37,343 nt of DNA from Burkholderiales bacterium (GCA_040507665.1 JBEVOI010000182.1:1-37343); one strand, 5' to 3'; shown: positions 27,175 through 37,343, numbered from the stretch's first letter. The notes: generated by a model not told the origin, from the letters alone. A program made the numbers and translations.

Positions 27175-28170
27175 GTGCATCCAGGGGTTCCCGGTCACCG
27201 TCTCTCGCCGCAGGCCCTCGAACTTGCACGTCGGGTGCTGCGTGTCGAAGCGGACGCCGTCGCGAGCCTGATACCGCGCATCGACAACCGCTTCCTCACC
27301 GCCCTCGAGCTGGTGCTGAACTGCCGCGGACGCGTGGTCGTAAGCGGCATTGGCAAGTCCGGTCACATCGCGCGAAAGATCGCATCAACTCTTGCCAGTA
27401 CCGGCACGCCTGCATTTTTTGTGCATCCCGCCGAGGCGAGCCACGGTGACCTCGGCATGATCACAAGGGACGACGTGTTCATCGGCCTTTCGAATTCCGG
27501 GGAGAGCGCGGAGCTGCTCACCATCGTGCCACTGATCAAGCGTCAGGGTGCAAAGCTGATTGCGATGACTGGCAATGCGGACTCTTCGCTCGCCCAGGAG
27601 GCCGACGTGCATCTCGATGCCGGCGTCACCGAGGAAGCCTGCCCACTGGGACTCGCTCCCACGGCGAGCACCACCGCGTCGCTCGCGCTCGGGGATGCGC
27701 TTGCGATCGCACTTCTGGATGCGCGGGGCTTCGGGGTCGACGACTTCGCCCGCTCCCATCCCGGCGGCACGCTCGGAATCCGGCTGCTCACCCGTGTGCG
27801 CGACGTCATGCGCAGTGGCGACGCACTGCCCACGATTGCCGCTACTGCCACCCTCGCCGATGCCATTCTAGAAATAACCCGCAAGGGCATGGGCATGACC
27901 ACGATCCTGGACAACGAGGGCAAGCTTGCCGGAATCTACACCGACGGGGATCTGCGCCGTTCGCTCCAGCAGCACGTGGACTTCACGACCACACCGGTGT
28001 CCGAAGTGATGACCCGAAAGCCACACACGGTCAGGGCCGACCACCTCGCAGTAGAGGCAGTCCAGATCATGGAGGAGCACCGCATCAGCCAGCTCGTGGT
28101 GGTGGACGAAGATCATCGCCCGTTGGGCGCGCTCAACATGCACGACCTTTTCCACGCGAAGGTCCTCTAA
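27175..28170 (+). CDS. kdsD: Arabinose-5-phosphate isomerase (KpsF/GutQ, SIS + 2 CBS)
   Basis: GIGKSGHIARKIASTLASTGTPAFFVHPAEASHGDLG, EACPLGLAPTAST, HPGG, CBS pair. Confidence 0.96.
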   Translation: MHPGVPGHRLSPQALELARRVLRVEADAVASLIPRIDNRFLTALELVLNCRGRVVVSGIGKSGHIARKIASTLASTGTPAFFVHPAEASHGDLGMITRDDVFIGLSNSGESAELLTIVPLIKRQGAKLIAMTGNADSSLAQEADVHLDAGVTEEACPLGLAPTASTTASLALGDALAIALLDARGFGVDDFARSHPGGTLGIRLLTRVRDVMRSGDALPTIAATATLADAILEITRKGMGMTTILDNEGKLAGIYTDGDLRRSLQQHVDFTTTPVSEVMTRKPHTVRADHLAVEAVQIMEEHRISQLVVVDEDHRPLGALNMHDLFHAKVL

Positions 28171-28194
28171 GTAAAAAGGCGGGCCGAATCCACC

Positions 28195-28725
28195 ATGTCC
28201 TTGAGCGAGCTCTACGACCGCGCGCGCCGCGTCCGCCTCGTCATCTTCGACGTCGACGGCGTCCTCACCGACGGGAGCCTCTACATCACCAACGCGGGAG
28301 AGGAGTTCAAGGCCTTTCACACCCAGGACGGCCATGGGATGAAGATGTTGAAGGCAACGGGCGTTCAGCTCGCGATCGTTACCGGACGCACTTCCCGCAG
28401 CGTCGAGTTGCGCGCAGAGAACCTCGGCGTCGGAATCCTCTACCAGGGCGTGGAGGACAAGCTCGCAGTTTTTGAGGAGTTGCTCGCGCGCTTCGGGTTC
28501 GAAAAGGACTGCTGCGCCTTCGTCGGCGACGACGTGGTCGATCTGCCGGTCATGCGCCGCTGCGGGCTTGCGGTCGCGGTGCCGGAGGCGCCGCCGCTGG
28601 TGAAGAGCCACGCCCACTACGTCACGCGGCAGATTGGCGGACGCGGCGCTGTGCGCGAAGTGTGCGAGATCATCATGCACGCACAGGACACCTTCGACAG
28701 GCAAATGGAGCAGTACCTGCGATGA
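28195..28725 (+). CDS. kdsC: KDO 8-phosphate phosphatase (HAD)
   Basis: FDVDGVLTDG, DGHG, GDDVVDLP, GGRGAVRE. Confidence 0.96.
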   Translation: MSLSELYDRARRVRLVIFDVDGVLTDGSLYITNAGEEFKAFHTQDGHGMKMLKATGVQLAIVTGRTSRSVELRAENLGVGILYQGVEDKLAVFEELLARFGFEKDCCAFVGDDVVDLPVMRRCGLAVAVPEAPPLVKSHAHYVTRQIGGRGAVREVCEIIMHAQDTFDRQMEQYLR

Positions 28726-29327
28726 GGGCGCGGCTCGCGGCACGCGCGACTACATGGTTCCCGCTTCTGTTGCTCGCGCTGCTTACTGGGCTCTCGTTCT
28801 GGCTGGAGCAGATCGTAAAGCCCGGCGCACCGATGCGCGATCCGCGCACGCGCCATGATCCTGACCTCATTCTCAAGTCCTTCACTGGGGTGAAACTCGG
28901 TCCGTCTGGTGCGCCACGCTACACGCTCGCTGCGAGCAAGCTGCTGCGGTTTCCAGACGACCAGACTGCCCGCCTCGACGAACCGCGGTTCGAGCAGATC
29001 GGCGAGACGGGAATCGTCACCACCATCACCTCGAAATACGGAACCGTCTCCGGGAACGGGGATAACGTCTATTTCATGGACGATGTAAAGGTCTTGCGCA
29101 GCCCCTACAAGGACCATAGCGAACTCACGCTGAACACGAGCTACTTGCAGGTGACACCGGAGCTGGGCCTTGCGCGCACCGATAAGCCAGTGACCATCCG
29201 TGACGCCAATGCAACGGTGACGGCGGTTGGCTTAGAATTGCGCAATGAAGAGCGCATCGTCAACTTGCTGTCGCGGGTCAAGGGACGCTATGAACCTCCC
29301 AGGAAGCCCGGTGCGCACCGCCGCTAG
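28722..29327 (+). CDS. lptC: LPS export periplasmic protein LptC
   Basis: N-terminal TM, HDPD, TDKPVTI, AVGLE...LLSRVKGRY; ATG 28722 overlaps the kdsC stop. Confidence 0.9.
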   Translation: MRARLAARATTWFPLLLLALLTGLSFWLEQIVKPGAPMRDPRTRHDPDLILKSFTGVKLGPSGAPRYTLAASKLLRFPDDQTARLDEPRFEQIGETGIVTTITSKYGTVSGNGDNVYFMDDVKVLRSPYKDHSELTLNTSYLQVTPELGLARTDKPVTIRDANATVTAVGLELRNEERIVNLLSRVKGRYEPPRKPGAHRR

Positions 29328-29940
29328 GCAGCCCCGTTCGCGCACAATCCGGACCGGAATGCTGTTCCTGCTGGCCTCCCTGCTTCCACCGCTTGCTACC
29401 GCAGACCTGTCAGACCGCGAAAAGCCGATCAACCTCGAGGCCGACCGTATGGAAGTCGACGACGCGAAGAAGGTCGCGACCCTCACCGGAAACGTTGTGG
29501 TGACCCAGGGCACGCTGGTTATCCGGTCCGACCGCATGGTTATCACCCAGGACACCGAGGGATTCAACAAGGGGATCGCATACGGTAACCCCGCCACCTT
29601 CCGGCAGAAGCGCGAAGGTTTCGACGAGTATGTGGACGGTCAGGCACAGCGCATGGAGTACGACGGACGCAACGAAAAGCTGGAGCTATTCGACAAGGCG
29701 GTGGTCAAGAAGGGCTCGGAGGAAGTCCGCGGAAACTACATTTCGTACAACTCGCGCACCGAGTTCTACCAAGCTTTCGGGGGCGGTAAGGATGCGAGCG
29801 GCAAGGAGATCGCCGGCCGGGTGCGCGCCGTCATCGTCCCGAAGAAGAAAGCCGACGAAGGCAAGCCTGCAACACCGACCGCCTCGGCAGCAGTCCCCCT
29901 CAAGCCGTCAGCGGATCTCGCGCGGCCTCCGGAACGCTAG
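29290..29940 (+). CDS. lptA: LPS transport periplasmic protein LptA
   Basis: [39 protein letters not shown]. Start uncertain. Confidence 0.93.
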   Translation: MNLPGSPVRTAARQPRSRTIRTGMLFLLASLLPPLATADLSDREKPINLEADRMEVDDAKKVATLTGNVVVTQGTLVIRSDRMVITQDTEGFNKGIAYGNPATFRQKREGFDEYVDGQAQRMEYDGRNEKLELFDKAVVKKGSEEVRGNYISYNSRTEFYQAFGGGKDASGKEIAGRVRAVIVPKKKADEGKPATPTASAAVPLKPSADLARPPER

Positions 29941-30004
29941 TTTTGATGTTCGACGCAGTGTCCCGGCGTGCAAGCCGAGCCTCCCGGTCGTCCGTGCGCA
30001 GCCG

Positions 30005-30727
30005 ATGAGCGAGCTACGAGCGGAGCGCCTGCGCAAGCGCTATAGGGCACGCACCGTCGTGAAGGATGTATCCCTCTACGTCAATAGCGGCGAGGTTGTG
30101 GGCCTGCTCGGCCCAAACGGCGCGGGCAAGACTACCTGCTTTTATATGATGGTCGGGCTGGTGCCGGTGGACGGGGGCGAGCTCCAGCTCGATGGCAACC
30201 GGCTCACGCATATGCCCATGCACAAGCGGGCGCGCCTCGGACTTTCGTACCTGCCACAGGAGGCATCGATCTTCCGCAAGCTCACCGTGGCGGAAAACGT
30301 CGAGGCTGTGCTTGAACTGCAGGATCTCGACGCGAGCGAGGTCAGGGGGCAGGCAGACGACCTGCTGCAAGACCTGCACGTCGGTCACCTGCGAGACAGC
30401 GCAGCTATCAGCCTCTCGGGTGGCGAGCGGCGCCGGGTGGAAATCGCGCGGGCGCTCGCGACGCGGCCGCGCTTTATCTTACTCGACGAGCCATTCGCGG
30501 GTATCGACCCCATCGCCGTCCTGGACATCCAGAAGATCATCCAGTTCTTGCGCGAGCGCGGCATCGGTGTGCTCATCACCGACCATAACGTCCGCGAAAC
30601 GCTGGGTATCTGCGACCGGGCCTATATCATCAACGAAGGCACCGTGCTTGCTTTCGGCACACCGGAAGAAATCGTTTATAATGAAAGCGTGCGAAGGGTC
30701 TATCTCGGAGAGAATTTCAGGCTTTAG
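30005..30727 (+). CDS. lptB: LPS export ABC ATPase
   Basis: [66 protein letters not shown]. Confidence 0.97.
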   Translation: MSELRAERLRKRYRARTVVKDVSLYVNSGEVVGLLGPNGAGKTTCFYMMVGLVPVDGGELQLDGNRLTHMPMHKRARLGLSYLPQEASIFRKLTVAENVEAVLELQDLDASEVRGQADDLLQDLHVGHLRDSAAISLSGGERRRVEIARALATRPRFILLDEPFAGIDPIAVLDIQKIIQFLRERGIGVLITDHNVRETLGICDRAYIINEGTVLAFGTPEEIVYNESVRRVYLGENFRL

Positions 30728-30838
30728 TTCAAAGACTTGATTGGTCGCCGCAAATTTTGAGCCAAACGCGTTTCCGGCGATATCCGGGAAGCTTCTTCAT
30801 GCAAGAGCCAAGAGCGGGCGCAGCAGTCTCGCAAACCC

Positions 30839-32305
30839 ATGAAACACACGCTCCAACTCAGGCTATCCCAGCACCTCACCCTTACTCCCCAGCTCCAGCA
30901 ATCGATCCGGCTTCTCCAGCTCTCAACGCTCGAGCTTAACCAGGAGCTTGAGCGGTTTCTCCAGGAGAATCCCCTGCTCGAGCGCGAGGACGATGGCGAG
31001 GCGGAAGCGCCGACCCCGGAGGAGGCGAGCTTCACCCCTACCGACTTCTCGACCCCGGACCGTACCACGCGCGAGGAGTCGGAGACGCCTGAGGTCCCGG
31101 TGGAGACGCCCGAATACGACGCGGAAGCCCGCGCCGACCGGGACTGGATGGAGGACGACGGGGGCTCCTATGGCTCGCGCGATGACAGCGAGGAGCCAGA
31201 GTACCCGCAGCTCCCCGCCACATCTGCTTCCCTGCGCGACCACCTGCTGTGGCAGCTCAACGTCACCAACCTGCCCGAGCGCGACAAGCGCATCGTGGCA
31301 ATGCTCATCGACATGCTCGATGACGACGGCTATCTCGGCGGCGACTTGGCGGAGCTCGCCGAGATGCTGCCGGACGAGCTCGAGATCGACCTCGAAGAAC
31401 TACAGATCGCGCTCAGGCATTTGCAGAACATGGAGCCGGCCGGCATTGGCGCGCGAAGCCTGGCCGAGAGTCTTGTGCTCCAGCTCGAGGCCATGCCTCC
31501 GGACACGCCGCTGCGCAAGGAAGCCATCCACACGGCAAAGAACTATCTGGAGATCCTCGCCGCCAAGGACTACGGAAAGCTGAAGAAGCTGCTCCACTGC
31601 GACGACAACCTCCTGCGCGGCATTCAAAGCCTGATTGTCAGCTTGAATCCGCGCCCGGGTTCGAGTTACGGCAACTCCGAGACGCGCTATGTGGTCTCCG
31701 ATGTGATCGTCAAGAAGGTAAAGGGCACCTGGCTCGCATCGCTCAACCCAGATGCGATGCCCAAGCTGCGCATCAACCGCATGTATGCCGACATCCTCTC
31801 GCGCAATCGGGACGCGAGCTTCCAGCAGCTTGCAGGTCAGCTGCAGGAGGCGAAATGGCTGATCAAGAACGTGCAGCAGAGGTTCGACACGATTCTGCGG
31901 GTGTCCCAGGCCATCGTCGACCGCCAGCGACACTTCTTCGAGCACGGCGAGGTGGCGATGCGGCCGCTCGTCCTGCGCGAGATCGCGGAGACCCTCGGAC
32001 TGCACGAATCCACCGTGTCCCGGGTCACCACCCAGAAGTTCATGTTTACGCCGCGGGGCATTTTCGAGCTCAAGTATTTCTTCGGCAGTCATGTGGCGAC
32101 GGAAACCGGAGGCGCCTGTTCCGCCACCGCGATTCGTGCCCTCATCAGGCAACTGGTGGGTGCGGAAGATTCGAAGAAGCCCCTATCCGACAGCCAGATC
32201 TCGGAAATCCTCGGCCAGCAGGGCATCGTCGTCGCGCGTCGCACCGTCGCCAAGTACCGCGAGTCGCTCCAGATCCTGCCGGTGAATCTGCGCAAGTCCA
32301 TCTGA
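30839..32305 (+). CDS. rpoN: RNA polymerase sigma-54 factor
   Basis: LTPQLQQSIRLLQLS region I; HESTVSRVT HTH; RpoN box ARRTVAKYRE. Confidence 0.98.
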   Translation: MKHTLQLRLSQHLTLTPQLQQSIRLLQLSTLELNQELERFLQENPLLEREDDGEAEAPTPEEASFTPTDFSTPDRTTREESETPEVPVETPEYDAEARADRDWMEDDGGSYGSRDDSEEPEYPQLPATSASLRDHLLWQLNVTNLPERDKRIVAMLIDMLDDDGYLGGDLAELAEMLPDELEIDLEELQIALRHLQNMEPAGIGARSLAESLVLQLEAMPPDTPLRKEAIHTAKNYLEILAAKDYGKLKKLLHCDDNLLRGIQSLIVSLNPRPGSSYGNSETRYVVSDVIVKKVKGTWLASLNPDAMPKLRINRMYADILSRNRDASFQQLAGQLQEAKWLIKNVQQRFDTILRVSQAIVDRQRHFFEHGEVAMRPLVLREIAETLGLHESTVSRVTTQKFMFTPRGIFELKYFFGSHVATETGGACSATAIRALIRQLVGAEDSKKPLSDSQISEILGQQGIVVARRTVAKYRESLQILPVNLRKSI

Positions 32306-32332
32306 GTCGGCGCCACAACACGGAGACAGTTC

Positions 32333-32650
32333 ATGAATCTCAATCTGACCGGTCATCACATCGACATCACGCCGGCAATTCGCACTTATGTGACCACCAA
32401 GATCGAGCGCATCACCCGGCATTTCGACCATGTGATCGACGTCAGCGTCATCCTCTCGGTCGAAAAGCTTCGCCAGAGGGCCGAAGCGAACGTGCACGTG
32501 AGCGGCAAGGCCATCTTCTGCGAGACCGACCACGAAGACATGTACGCCGCGATCGACGCCCTAGTCGACAAGCTGGATCGGCAGATTCTCAAACACAAAG
32601 GCAGAAACGTCGTCCGCCGCAACGGGCCCGCCCTCAAGCACCAGGCCTGA
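32333..32650 (+). CDS. hpf: Ribosome hibernation promoting factor
   Basis: [37 protein letters not shown]; follows rpoN. Confidence 0.95.
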   Translation: MNLNLTGHHIDITPAIRTYVTTKIERITRHFDHVIDVSVILSVEKLRQRAEANVHVSGKAIFCETDHEDMYAAIDALVDKLDRQILKHKGRNVVRRNGPALKHQA

Positions 32651-32707
32651 GCGAACCGCCTGCCGCTCAGGCCGCCTGAACCAAGCGTTCGTCCACGTCA
32701 CCGCCCC

Positions 32708-33208
32708 ATGAAGAGCCAGGCGCTCACGCTGCTTTCCCGGCTGCTGCCGCTCGCCAATGTGGCGCTCGACCTTGACGTTACGAGCAAAAAGCGGGTCTTC
32801 GAACAGGCGGGGCTCACCTTCGAGAACAACCAGCAGATTCCCCGCGTCGATGTGTTCGACAGTCTGTTCGCACGGGAGAAGCTCGGCTCCACCGGCCTCG
32901 GGCAGGGCGTGGCGATCCCGCACGGACGCATCAAGGGTATGAAGGATGCCGTCGGCGCTTTCCTGCGCCTGACCGCTCCCGTACCTTTCGACGCTCCGGA
33001 CGGCAAGCCGGTCAATCTGGTCTTCGTGCTGCTGGTGCCGGAACGGGCCACCGACTTGCATCTGCAGATTTTGTCCGAGCTGGCGCAGCTCTTCAGCGAC
33101 AAGAGCGTGCGGGAGCATCTGCTGATGGCCGAGAGCGCAGAAGCTGCGCACAAGCTCATCGTCGAATGGGAGCCCCATGCCCCGGGTCAGCGTAGCTCAG
33201 CTCTTTGA
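32708..33208 (+). CDS. ptsN: PTS IIA-Ntr
   Basis: SKKRVFE, REKLGSTGLGQGVAIPHGR, FDAPDGKPV. Confidence 0.95.
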   Translation: MKSQALTLLSRLLPLANVALDLDVTSKKRVFEQAGLTFENNQQIPRVDVFDSLFAREKLGSTGLGQGVAIPHGRIKGMKDAVGAFLRLTAPVPFDAPDGKPVNLVFVLLVPERATDLHLQILSELAQLFSDKSVREHLLMAESAEAAHKLIVEWEPHAPGQRSSAL

Positions 33209-34118
33209 GGACAACCGAGAGCGCCTTTCGCTCACATGGGGGGCGGGTAAGGAAGGGGCGGGTAGCGAGCTGTCGGGAGACCTGCTCAAGGCCTCTACCA
33301 AAGGCCTCATCGGCCACCTGAACTTCATACATCCGAACTGGATTCAAGTCCTCGGCGGCACGGAAACCGATTATCTCGCTCGCCTCGATCCCGTGTTGGC
33401 GCGCCAGTCGCTGCAGGAGCTCGCAGCGAGCGGGCCGGTTTGCCTTCTCGTCTCCGATGGCCGCCCGGCACCTGCCGATGTCTGCGCCATGGCCGACGCG
33501 CACCGCATACCGGTTTTGCTCACCCCGATCTCCAGCATCCAGCTCATGTGGATGCTGCGGCCGTACCTCGCGCGATCGCTCTCGGAGTTCGTCACCCGCC
33601 ACGGCGTGTTTCTCGATGTGCTCGGCATGGGCGTGCTGATCACCGGCGACAGCGGTGTCGGCAAGAGCGAGCTCGCGCTCGAGCTCATCAGCCGCGGTAG
33701 CGGCCTTGTCGCCGACGATGTGGTCGAGCTTTACCGTATTGGCCCGGACGTTCTGGAAGGTCGGTGCCCGCCTCTGCTGCGGGATTTTCTCGAGGTCCGT
33801 GGTCTTGGAATGCTCAACATCCGGACCATCTTCGGAGAGACTGCGGTGCGCGTGCGCAAGAACTTGAAGCTCATCGTCCAGCTCGAAAAGCCCGTGGCAG
33901 GGATCATCCCGGGGCTCGAGCGGCTACCACTCAACGCGAGCTCGGAGATCATCCTCGCCAACGAGATCCGCAAGGTGCAGCTACCCGTGGCCGCAGGGCG
34001 CAACCTCGCGGTGCTGGTGGAAGCCGCCGTGCGCAACACGGTGCTACAGCTGCGAGGCTACGACAGCACGCGGGAGTTCATTCGCCGTCACGAAGAGCAC
34101 CTGAACGGTAACAAGTAA
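33177..34118 (+). CDS. hprK: HPr kinase/phosphorylase
   Basis: HGVFLDVLGMGVLITGDSGVGKSELALELISRG..LVADD, LEVRGLG, PVAAGRNLAVLVEAA. Confidence 0.96.
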   Translation: MPRVSVAQLFEDNRERLSLTWGAGKEGAGSELSGDLLKASTKGLIGHLNFIHPNWIQVLGGTETDYLARLDPVLARQSLQELAASGPVCLLVSDGRPAPADVCAMADAHRIPVLLTPISSIQLMWMLRPYLARSLSEFVTRHGVFLDVLGMGVLITGDSGVGKSELALELISRGSGLVADDVVELYRIGPDVLEGRCPPLLRDFLEVRGLGMLNIRTIFGETAVRVRKNLKLIVQLEKPVAGIIPGLERLPLNASSEIILANEIRKVQLPVAAGRNLAVLVEAAVRNTVLQLRGYDSTREFIRRHEEHLNGNK

Positions 34119-34136
34119 CCTTTCACGCGCGCGCCG

Positions 34137-34973
34137 ATGCAGCTCGTCCTCGTCAGCGGCCTCTCCGGCTCAGGCAAGAGCATTGCCCTGCACATGCTGG
34201 AAGACAGCGGCTTCTACTGCGTGGACAACCTCCCTGCAGTGCTGCTGCCCCAAGTCGTCACGTTTCTCGGTCAGGCGGGCTATTCGAACGTCGCGGTCAG
34301 CATCGACATTCGCAGTGGCACCACGCTGCACAAATTCCGCGAATACCTCTCTGCGGTCCGCGACCAGGGGGTCGACGTCCGGGTGCTTTTCCTCGAGGCA
34401 AAGACCGAAACGTTGGTCAAGCGCTTCTCGGAGACACGAAGGCGCCATCCGCTGAGCGACGGGGCACTCACCGTGACCGAATGTATCGAGCGCGAGCGCG
34501 AGATCCTCACCGAAGTGGCTGCCGGCGCCCACCGGATCGACACGAGCGGTCTCAATCCGAGTGCGCTCCGGACGTGGATCATGAACTTTGTCCAGCTCGA
34601 TCGCTCCCGCCTCACCTTGCTGTTCGAATCCTTCGGCTTCAAGCAGGGGATCCCGCTCGACGCAGACCTGGTGTTCGACGTGCGCTGCCTGCCGAACCCG
34701 AATTACAACCCTGACTTGAAAGACCTGACGGGCAAGGATGCGCCCGTCATCGCGTTCATCGAGGCTGAAAGCCAGGCGCGGGAGATGCTCGAGGACATTC
34801 GTGCGTTCGTCGAGCGCTGGCTGCCCGCTTACCAGGCGGACAGCCGCAGCTATCTCACCGTCGCTGTCGGTTGCACCGGCGGCCGGCATCGCTCTGTCTA
34901 TTTCGCGGAGTCCCTCGCGCGGTACTTCCGCAGCTGTGCCCAAGTTCTCGTTCGGCACCGGGAGCTTGCGTGA
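34137..34973 (+). CDS. rapZ: RNase adapter RapZ (YvcJ family)
   Basis: [55 protein letters not shown]. Confidence 0.96.
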   Translation: MQLVLVSGLSGSGKSIALHMLEDSGFYCVDNLPAVLLPQVVTFLGQAGYSNVAVSIDIRSGTTLHKFREYLSAVRDQGVDVRVLFLEAKTETLVKRFSETRRRHPLSDGALTVTECIEREREILTEVAAGAHRIDTSGLNPSALRTWIMNFVQLDRSRLTLLFESFGFKQGIPLDADLVFDVRCLPNPNYNPDLKDLTGKDAPVIAFIEAESQAREMLEDIRAFVERWLPAYQADSRSYLTVAVGCTGGRHRSVYFAESLARYFRSCAQVLVRHRELA

Positions 34974-35049
34974 CGCTGGAGCCGCGCGCGGTCGCCGACA
35001 GCGCGGGCGAAAGTCCAGTGACCGTGCCGTCAGCGAGCTTTTCTCCCTT

Positions 35050-35664
35050 GTGAGCAAGACCATCACCCTCGCGCTCACCGGCGCCTCCGGCATGCCGTAC
35101 GGCATCCGCCTGTTGGACTGCCTGCTGAGAAGCGGCGCCAACGTCTGGCTGCTCTATTCCCAAGTCGCGCAGATCGTCGCCAGACAGGAGATGGACCTCG
35201 CGCTGCCATCGCGCCCGAAGGAGCTCGAGCTCTACCTGCGCGAGCGCTACGCGACCCACACCGAGCAACTGCGCGTGTTCGGGCGTGAGGAGTGGTTCGC
35301 GCCGGTGGCCTCCGGTTCGAACCCGCCCGATGCCATGGTGATCTGCCCGTGCACCATGGGTACGCTGGCGGCAGTCGCGGCAGGCCTTGCCGCCAACCTC
35401 ATCGAGCGCGCAGCGGACGTCGTGCTGAAGGAGCGGCGGCCGCTCATACTTGTGCCGCGCGAGACGCCGCTCTCCCAGGTCCATCTGGAGAACATGCTGA
35501 AACTGGCCCGCTGCGGCGCGGTCATATTGCCCGCCAATCCCGGTTTCTATCATCGGCCGGAAAGCGTGCAACAGCTGGTGGACTTCATTGTGGCGCGGGT
35601 GCTCGATCATCTGGGCATTGTTCATGACCTGATGCCGCGGTGGGGCGAAACGCCCCTCGCGTAA
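35050..35664 (+). CDS. ubiX: Flavin prenyltransferase
   Basis: TGASGMPYG, ASGS, PCTMGTL, RAADVVLKERR, PRETP, PGFYH.P; GTG start at 35050. Confidence 0.94.
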   Translation: MSKTITLALTGASGMPYGIRLLDCLLRSGANVWLLYSQVAQIVARQEMDLALPSRPKELELYLRERYATHTEQLRVFGREEWFAPVASGSNPPDAMVICPCTMGTLAAVAAGLAANLIERAADVVLKERRPLILVPRETPLSQVHLENMLKLARCGAVILPANPGFYHRPESVQQLVDFIVARVLDHLGIVHDLMPRWGETPLA

Positions 35665-35715
35665 TGGCTGGGCGGCGCACGCTCAATCCTGCGGAGACGT
35701 GCGACGCGCGAGGAC

Positions 35716-36300
35716 GTGGTGCAGATACCGATCTTTCCACTGAACACTGTCATGTTTCCGGGTGGCCTGCTTCCGCTGAGGGTCTTCGAGCAGCGCTATC
35801 TCGGCATGACCAAGCGCTGCATCCGCGATGGAACACAGTTCGGCGTATGTCTCATTCGCGAGGGCCAGGAGGTGGGAGAGCCCGCTCGTCCCTACGAGAC
35901 CGGCTGCATTGCCAGCATCCTATCCTGGGACATGCAGCAGCTCGGAATCTTCATACTCGTCACGCAGGGCCAGCAACGCTTTCGCATACTCGAGCAGTGG
36001 ACGCAACCCGACCGCCTGCGCATGGCCGAGGTCACGCTATTCCCGGAGGAGAAGGATGAGAAGTTGCCGGAAGAGCACGCGGCGTGCGCCGACATCCTGA
36101 AGGCGGTGGCGAGCCGCGCGGGCGAATCGAGCTTCCCGGCTCCGCTTCGCTACGACGACGCGGCGTGGGTAAGCTATCGTCTTGCCGAAGTGCTGCCGCT
36201 GGAGAATACCCTGCGCCAGCATTTGCTCGAAATGCCGGACGCAATCTCGCGCTTGCGAATGCTCACCACCGTCCTGGCGCAGCAGGGGCGCACAACCTGA
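35716..36300 (+). CDS. LON peptidase substrate-binding (LON-N) domain protein
   Basis: IPIFPL.TV.FPGG.LPLRVFEQRY..M, FGVCLI, G..RFRI; no ATPase or protease domain. Confidence 0.88.
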   Translation: MVQIPIFPLNTVMFPGGLLPLRVFEQRYLGMTKRCIRDGTQFGVCLIREGQEVGEPARPYETGCIASILSWDMQQLGIFILVTQGQQRFRILEQWTQPDRLRMAEVTLFPEEKDEKLPEEHAACADILKAVASRAGESSFPAPLRYDDAAWVSYRLAEVLPLENTLRQHLLEMPDAISRLRMLTTVLAQQGRTT

Positions 36301-36366
36301 CCCATCGCGTTGCGCCCAAACAGTAAGGGAATGCTCAACGCGGTCTCCGCCCCTCGTTGAGCGTGC

Positions 36367-36945
36367 TCATTGAACGTCCAGCGTTTCAACCCAAACCAGC
36401 TCGCACGCACCCGCCCCGGTATCCTCTCGCGAGAGCGAGCTACGCCAGCGCCAGCCGTCGGCCCCTTGCGCCTCCACCAGATAGCCGCTTACACGCACCG
36501 TGTCGCCCTTCTGAATCGACTTGAGCATTTCGTCGATCGCGGGCGTGGCTGGAATCATGTGCATATTCGCACTGTGGGTCTCGATCTCCCGCCGCGGGAT
36601 CGGGAATTCGGACGCGCGCCAATAAAACCAGCGCTCGCCTTGGCTCACGCTCAACTTCTCGCTCACAGCAGGGTTCGCCATAGGTCCCCAGCCCAGCGCA
36701 AGGTCTACGGGCGCGAGGCTTGACTCCCGGTCGAAGCGGTAACGCATCGACGAGAGCACTTTCGCCTCGATGCTGAACGTCTCGAGTGGCACGATGCGGT
36801 AGCCATTCTTCACCATTCCGAATCCTGCCGGTCCCGGCGACAGTGAGATTGCGGCAGCGGGCTGGACCGCCGACTTCGACCCGAGATGGGTGAAGTGATA
36901 CGCAAGCATTGCCGCGAGCAACAGGAGGAGAAGGCGGAGGAACAT
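36367..36945 (-). CDS. Conserved hypothetical exported/membrane-anchored protein
   Basis: ATG 36945: MFLRLLLLLLAAML...; APVDLALGWGPM, SANMHMIPA, WRWRSSLSREDTGAGACE look like a real conserved family. The N-terminal extension in the ORF track is likely spurious. Confidence 0.72.
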   Translation of the reverse strand: MFLRLLLLLLAAMLAYHFTHLGSKSAVQPAAAISLSPGPAGFGMVKNGYRIVPLETFSIEAKVLSSMRYRFDRESSLAPVDLALGWGPMANPAVSEKLSVSQGERWFYWRASEFPIPRREIETHSANMHMIPATPAIDEMLKSIQKGDTVRVSGYLVEAQGADGWRWRSSLSREDTGAGACELVWVETLDVQ

Positions 36946-37128
36946 GGAGGTGAGACGGCGAGGGGCCCGCGCGGTCCGGGCGCAAGTTCGGTGCCACTGG
37001 CCATAGCCCGTACAACTCCGCCACACGTATTGGTAGTATGTCAGGGTGATAAGCCCTGGGGCGTGCCGCGCTGACGGCCAAACCGACCGCGTGGCCTCGT
37101 CCGGTCGGCAGGCACTAGCGGAAGAAGA

Positions 37129-37343
37129 ATGAATCGACGTTACGCTAAGTCTGTACGGGTCGTATCGTGCGTGCTCTCGATCTGGCTGCTTGCTCCGGTC
37201 TCCGTCAGTCATGCGACGGAAGCGACACCGCCCCAGGACGAGGCGGTGATGAAGCGCGACGACTTGGAGGAATCGGTCGCCCAGCAAGGTCCAGGGCTCG
37301 CGCACGAGATCGGCCCGGTGCGTCTGGAAGCCCACGGACAGTC
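37129..37343 (+). CDS. Secreted protein, 5' part (possibly carbohydrate/metal porin)
   Basis: Open to the edge: MNRRYAKSVRVVSCVLSIWLLAPVSVSHA (signal peptide) ...GPVRLEAHGQS. The HGQ resemblance to OprB-like porin N-termini is weak. Confidence 0.5.
   Translation, partial: MNRRYAKSVRVVSCVLSIWLLAPVSVSHATEATPPQDEAVMKRDDLEESVAQQGPGLAHEIGPVRLEAHGQ

Noticed and set aside
26294-27271. ORFs 26294-26836(-), 26460-26774(-), 26873-27271(+) and 26914-27135(+) as novel small proteins
   Set aside because: Their protein-like segments are better explained as frameshifted pieces of one CPA2 pseudogene.
34170-35625. Long antisense ORFs (e.g. 34170-35141, 34855-35625, also 13557-14441, 27868-28743, 31400-32152)
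   Set aside because: Shadow ORFs opposite well-conserved genes, expected in GC-rich DNA; no recognisable motifs.
37041-37083. Fluoride (crcB) riboswitch resemblance (GGTGAT...GCTGACGGCC)
   Set aside because: The conserved GATGG/pseudoknot pairing and the terminal CUAC element are missing.

Overview
GC-rich proteobacterial chromosomal segment; the gene set (hprK next to ptsN-rapZ, a CPA2 remnant next to kdsD) suggests a betaproteobacterium. Left flank (minus strand): mlaFEDCB, a YadG/YadH-type ABC-2 pair, a BolA-family gene and the 5' part of murA. Right flank (plus strand): kdsD-kdsC-lptCAB-rpoN-hpf-ptsN-hprK-rapZ-ubiX, a LON-N domain gene, a conserved hypothetical gene and the start of a secreted protein. 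Between them (about 6.1-26.4 kb) lies a roughly 20 kb type IV filament locus of unusual composition. It has an MSHA-like assembly core in permuted order (MshM/ExeA-SPOR, MshL-like lipoprotein secretin, TPR protein, MshEN-domain ATPase, PilC/MshG platform, MshI/J/K-like alignment proteins). It also carries a PilX/GspK-like pilin with a duplicated head module, three class III prepilins, a split PilG/H/I-like ABC exporter, and a PrsK/PrsR-like sigma54 two-component pair, with -24/-12 promoters before the secretin and the major pilin. Two features are not evident from the ORF track. One is an in-frame TAG at codon 5 of the ExeA/MshM gene. The other is a decayed, internally deleted and partly inverted CPA2 (Kef-type) antiporter pseudogene in the gap before kdsD. 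All family assignments come from motif recognition by eye; no searches were run.
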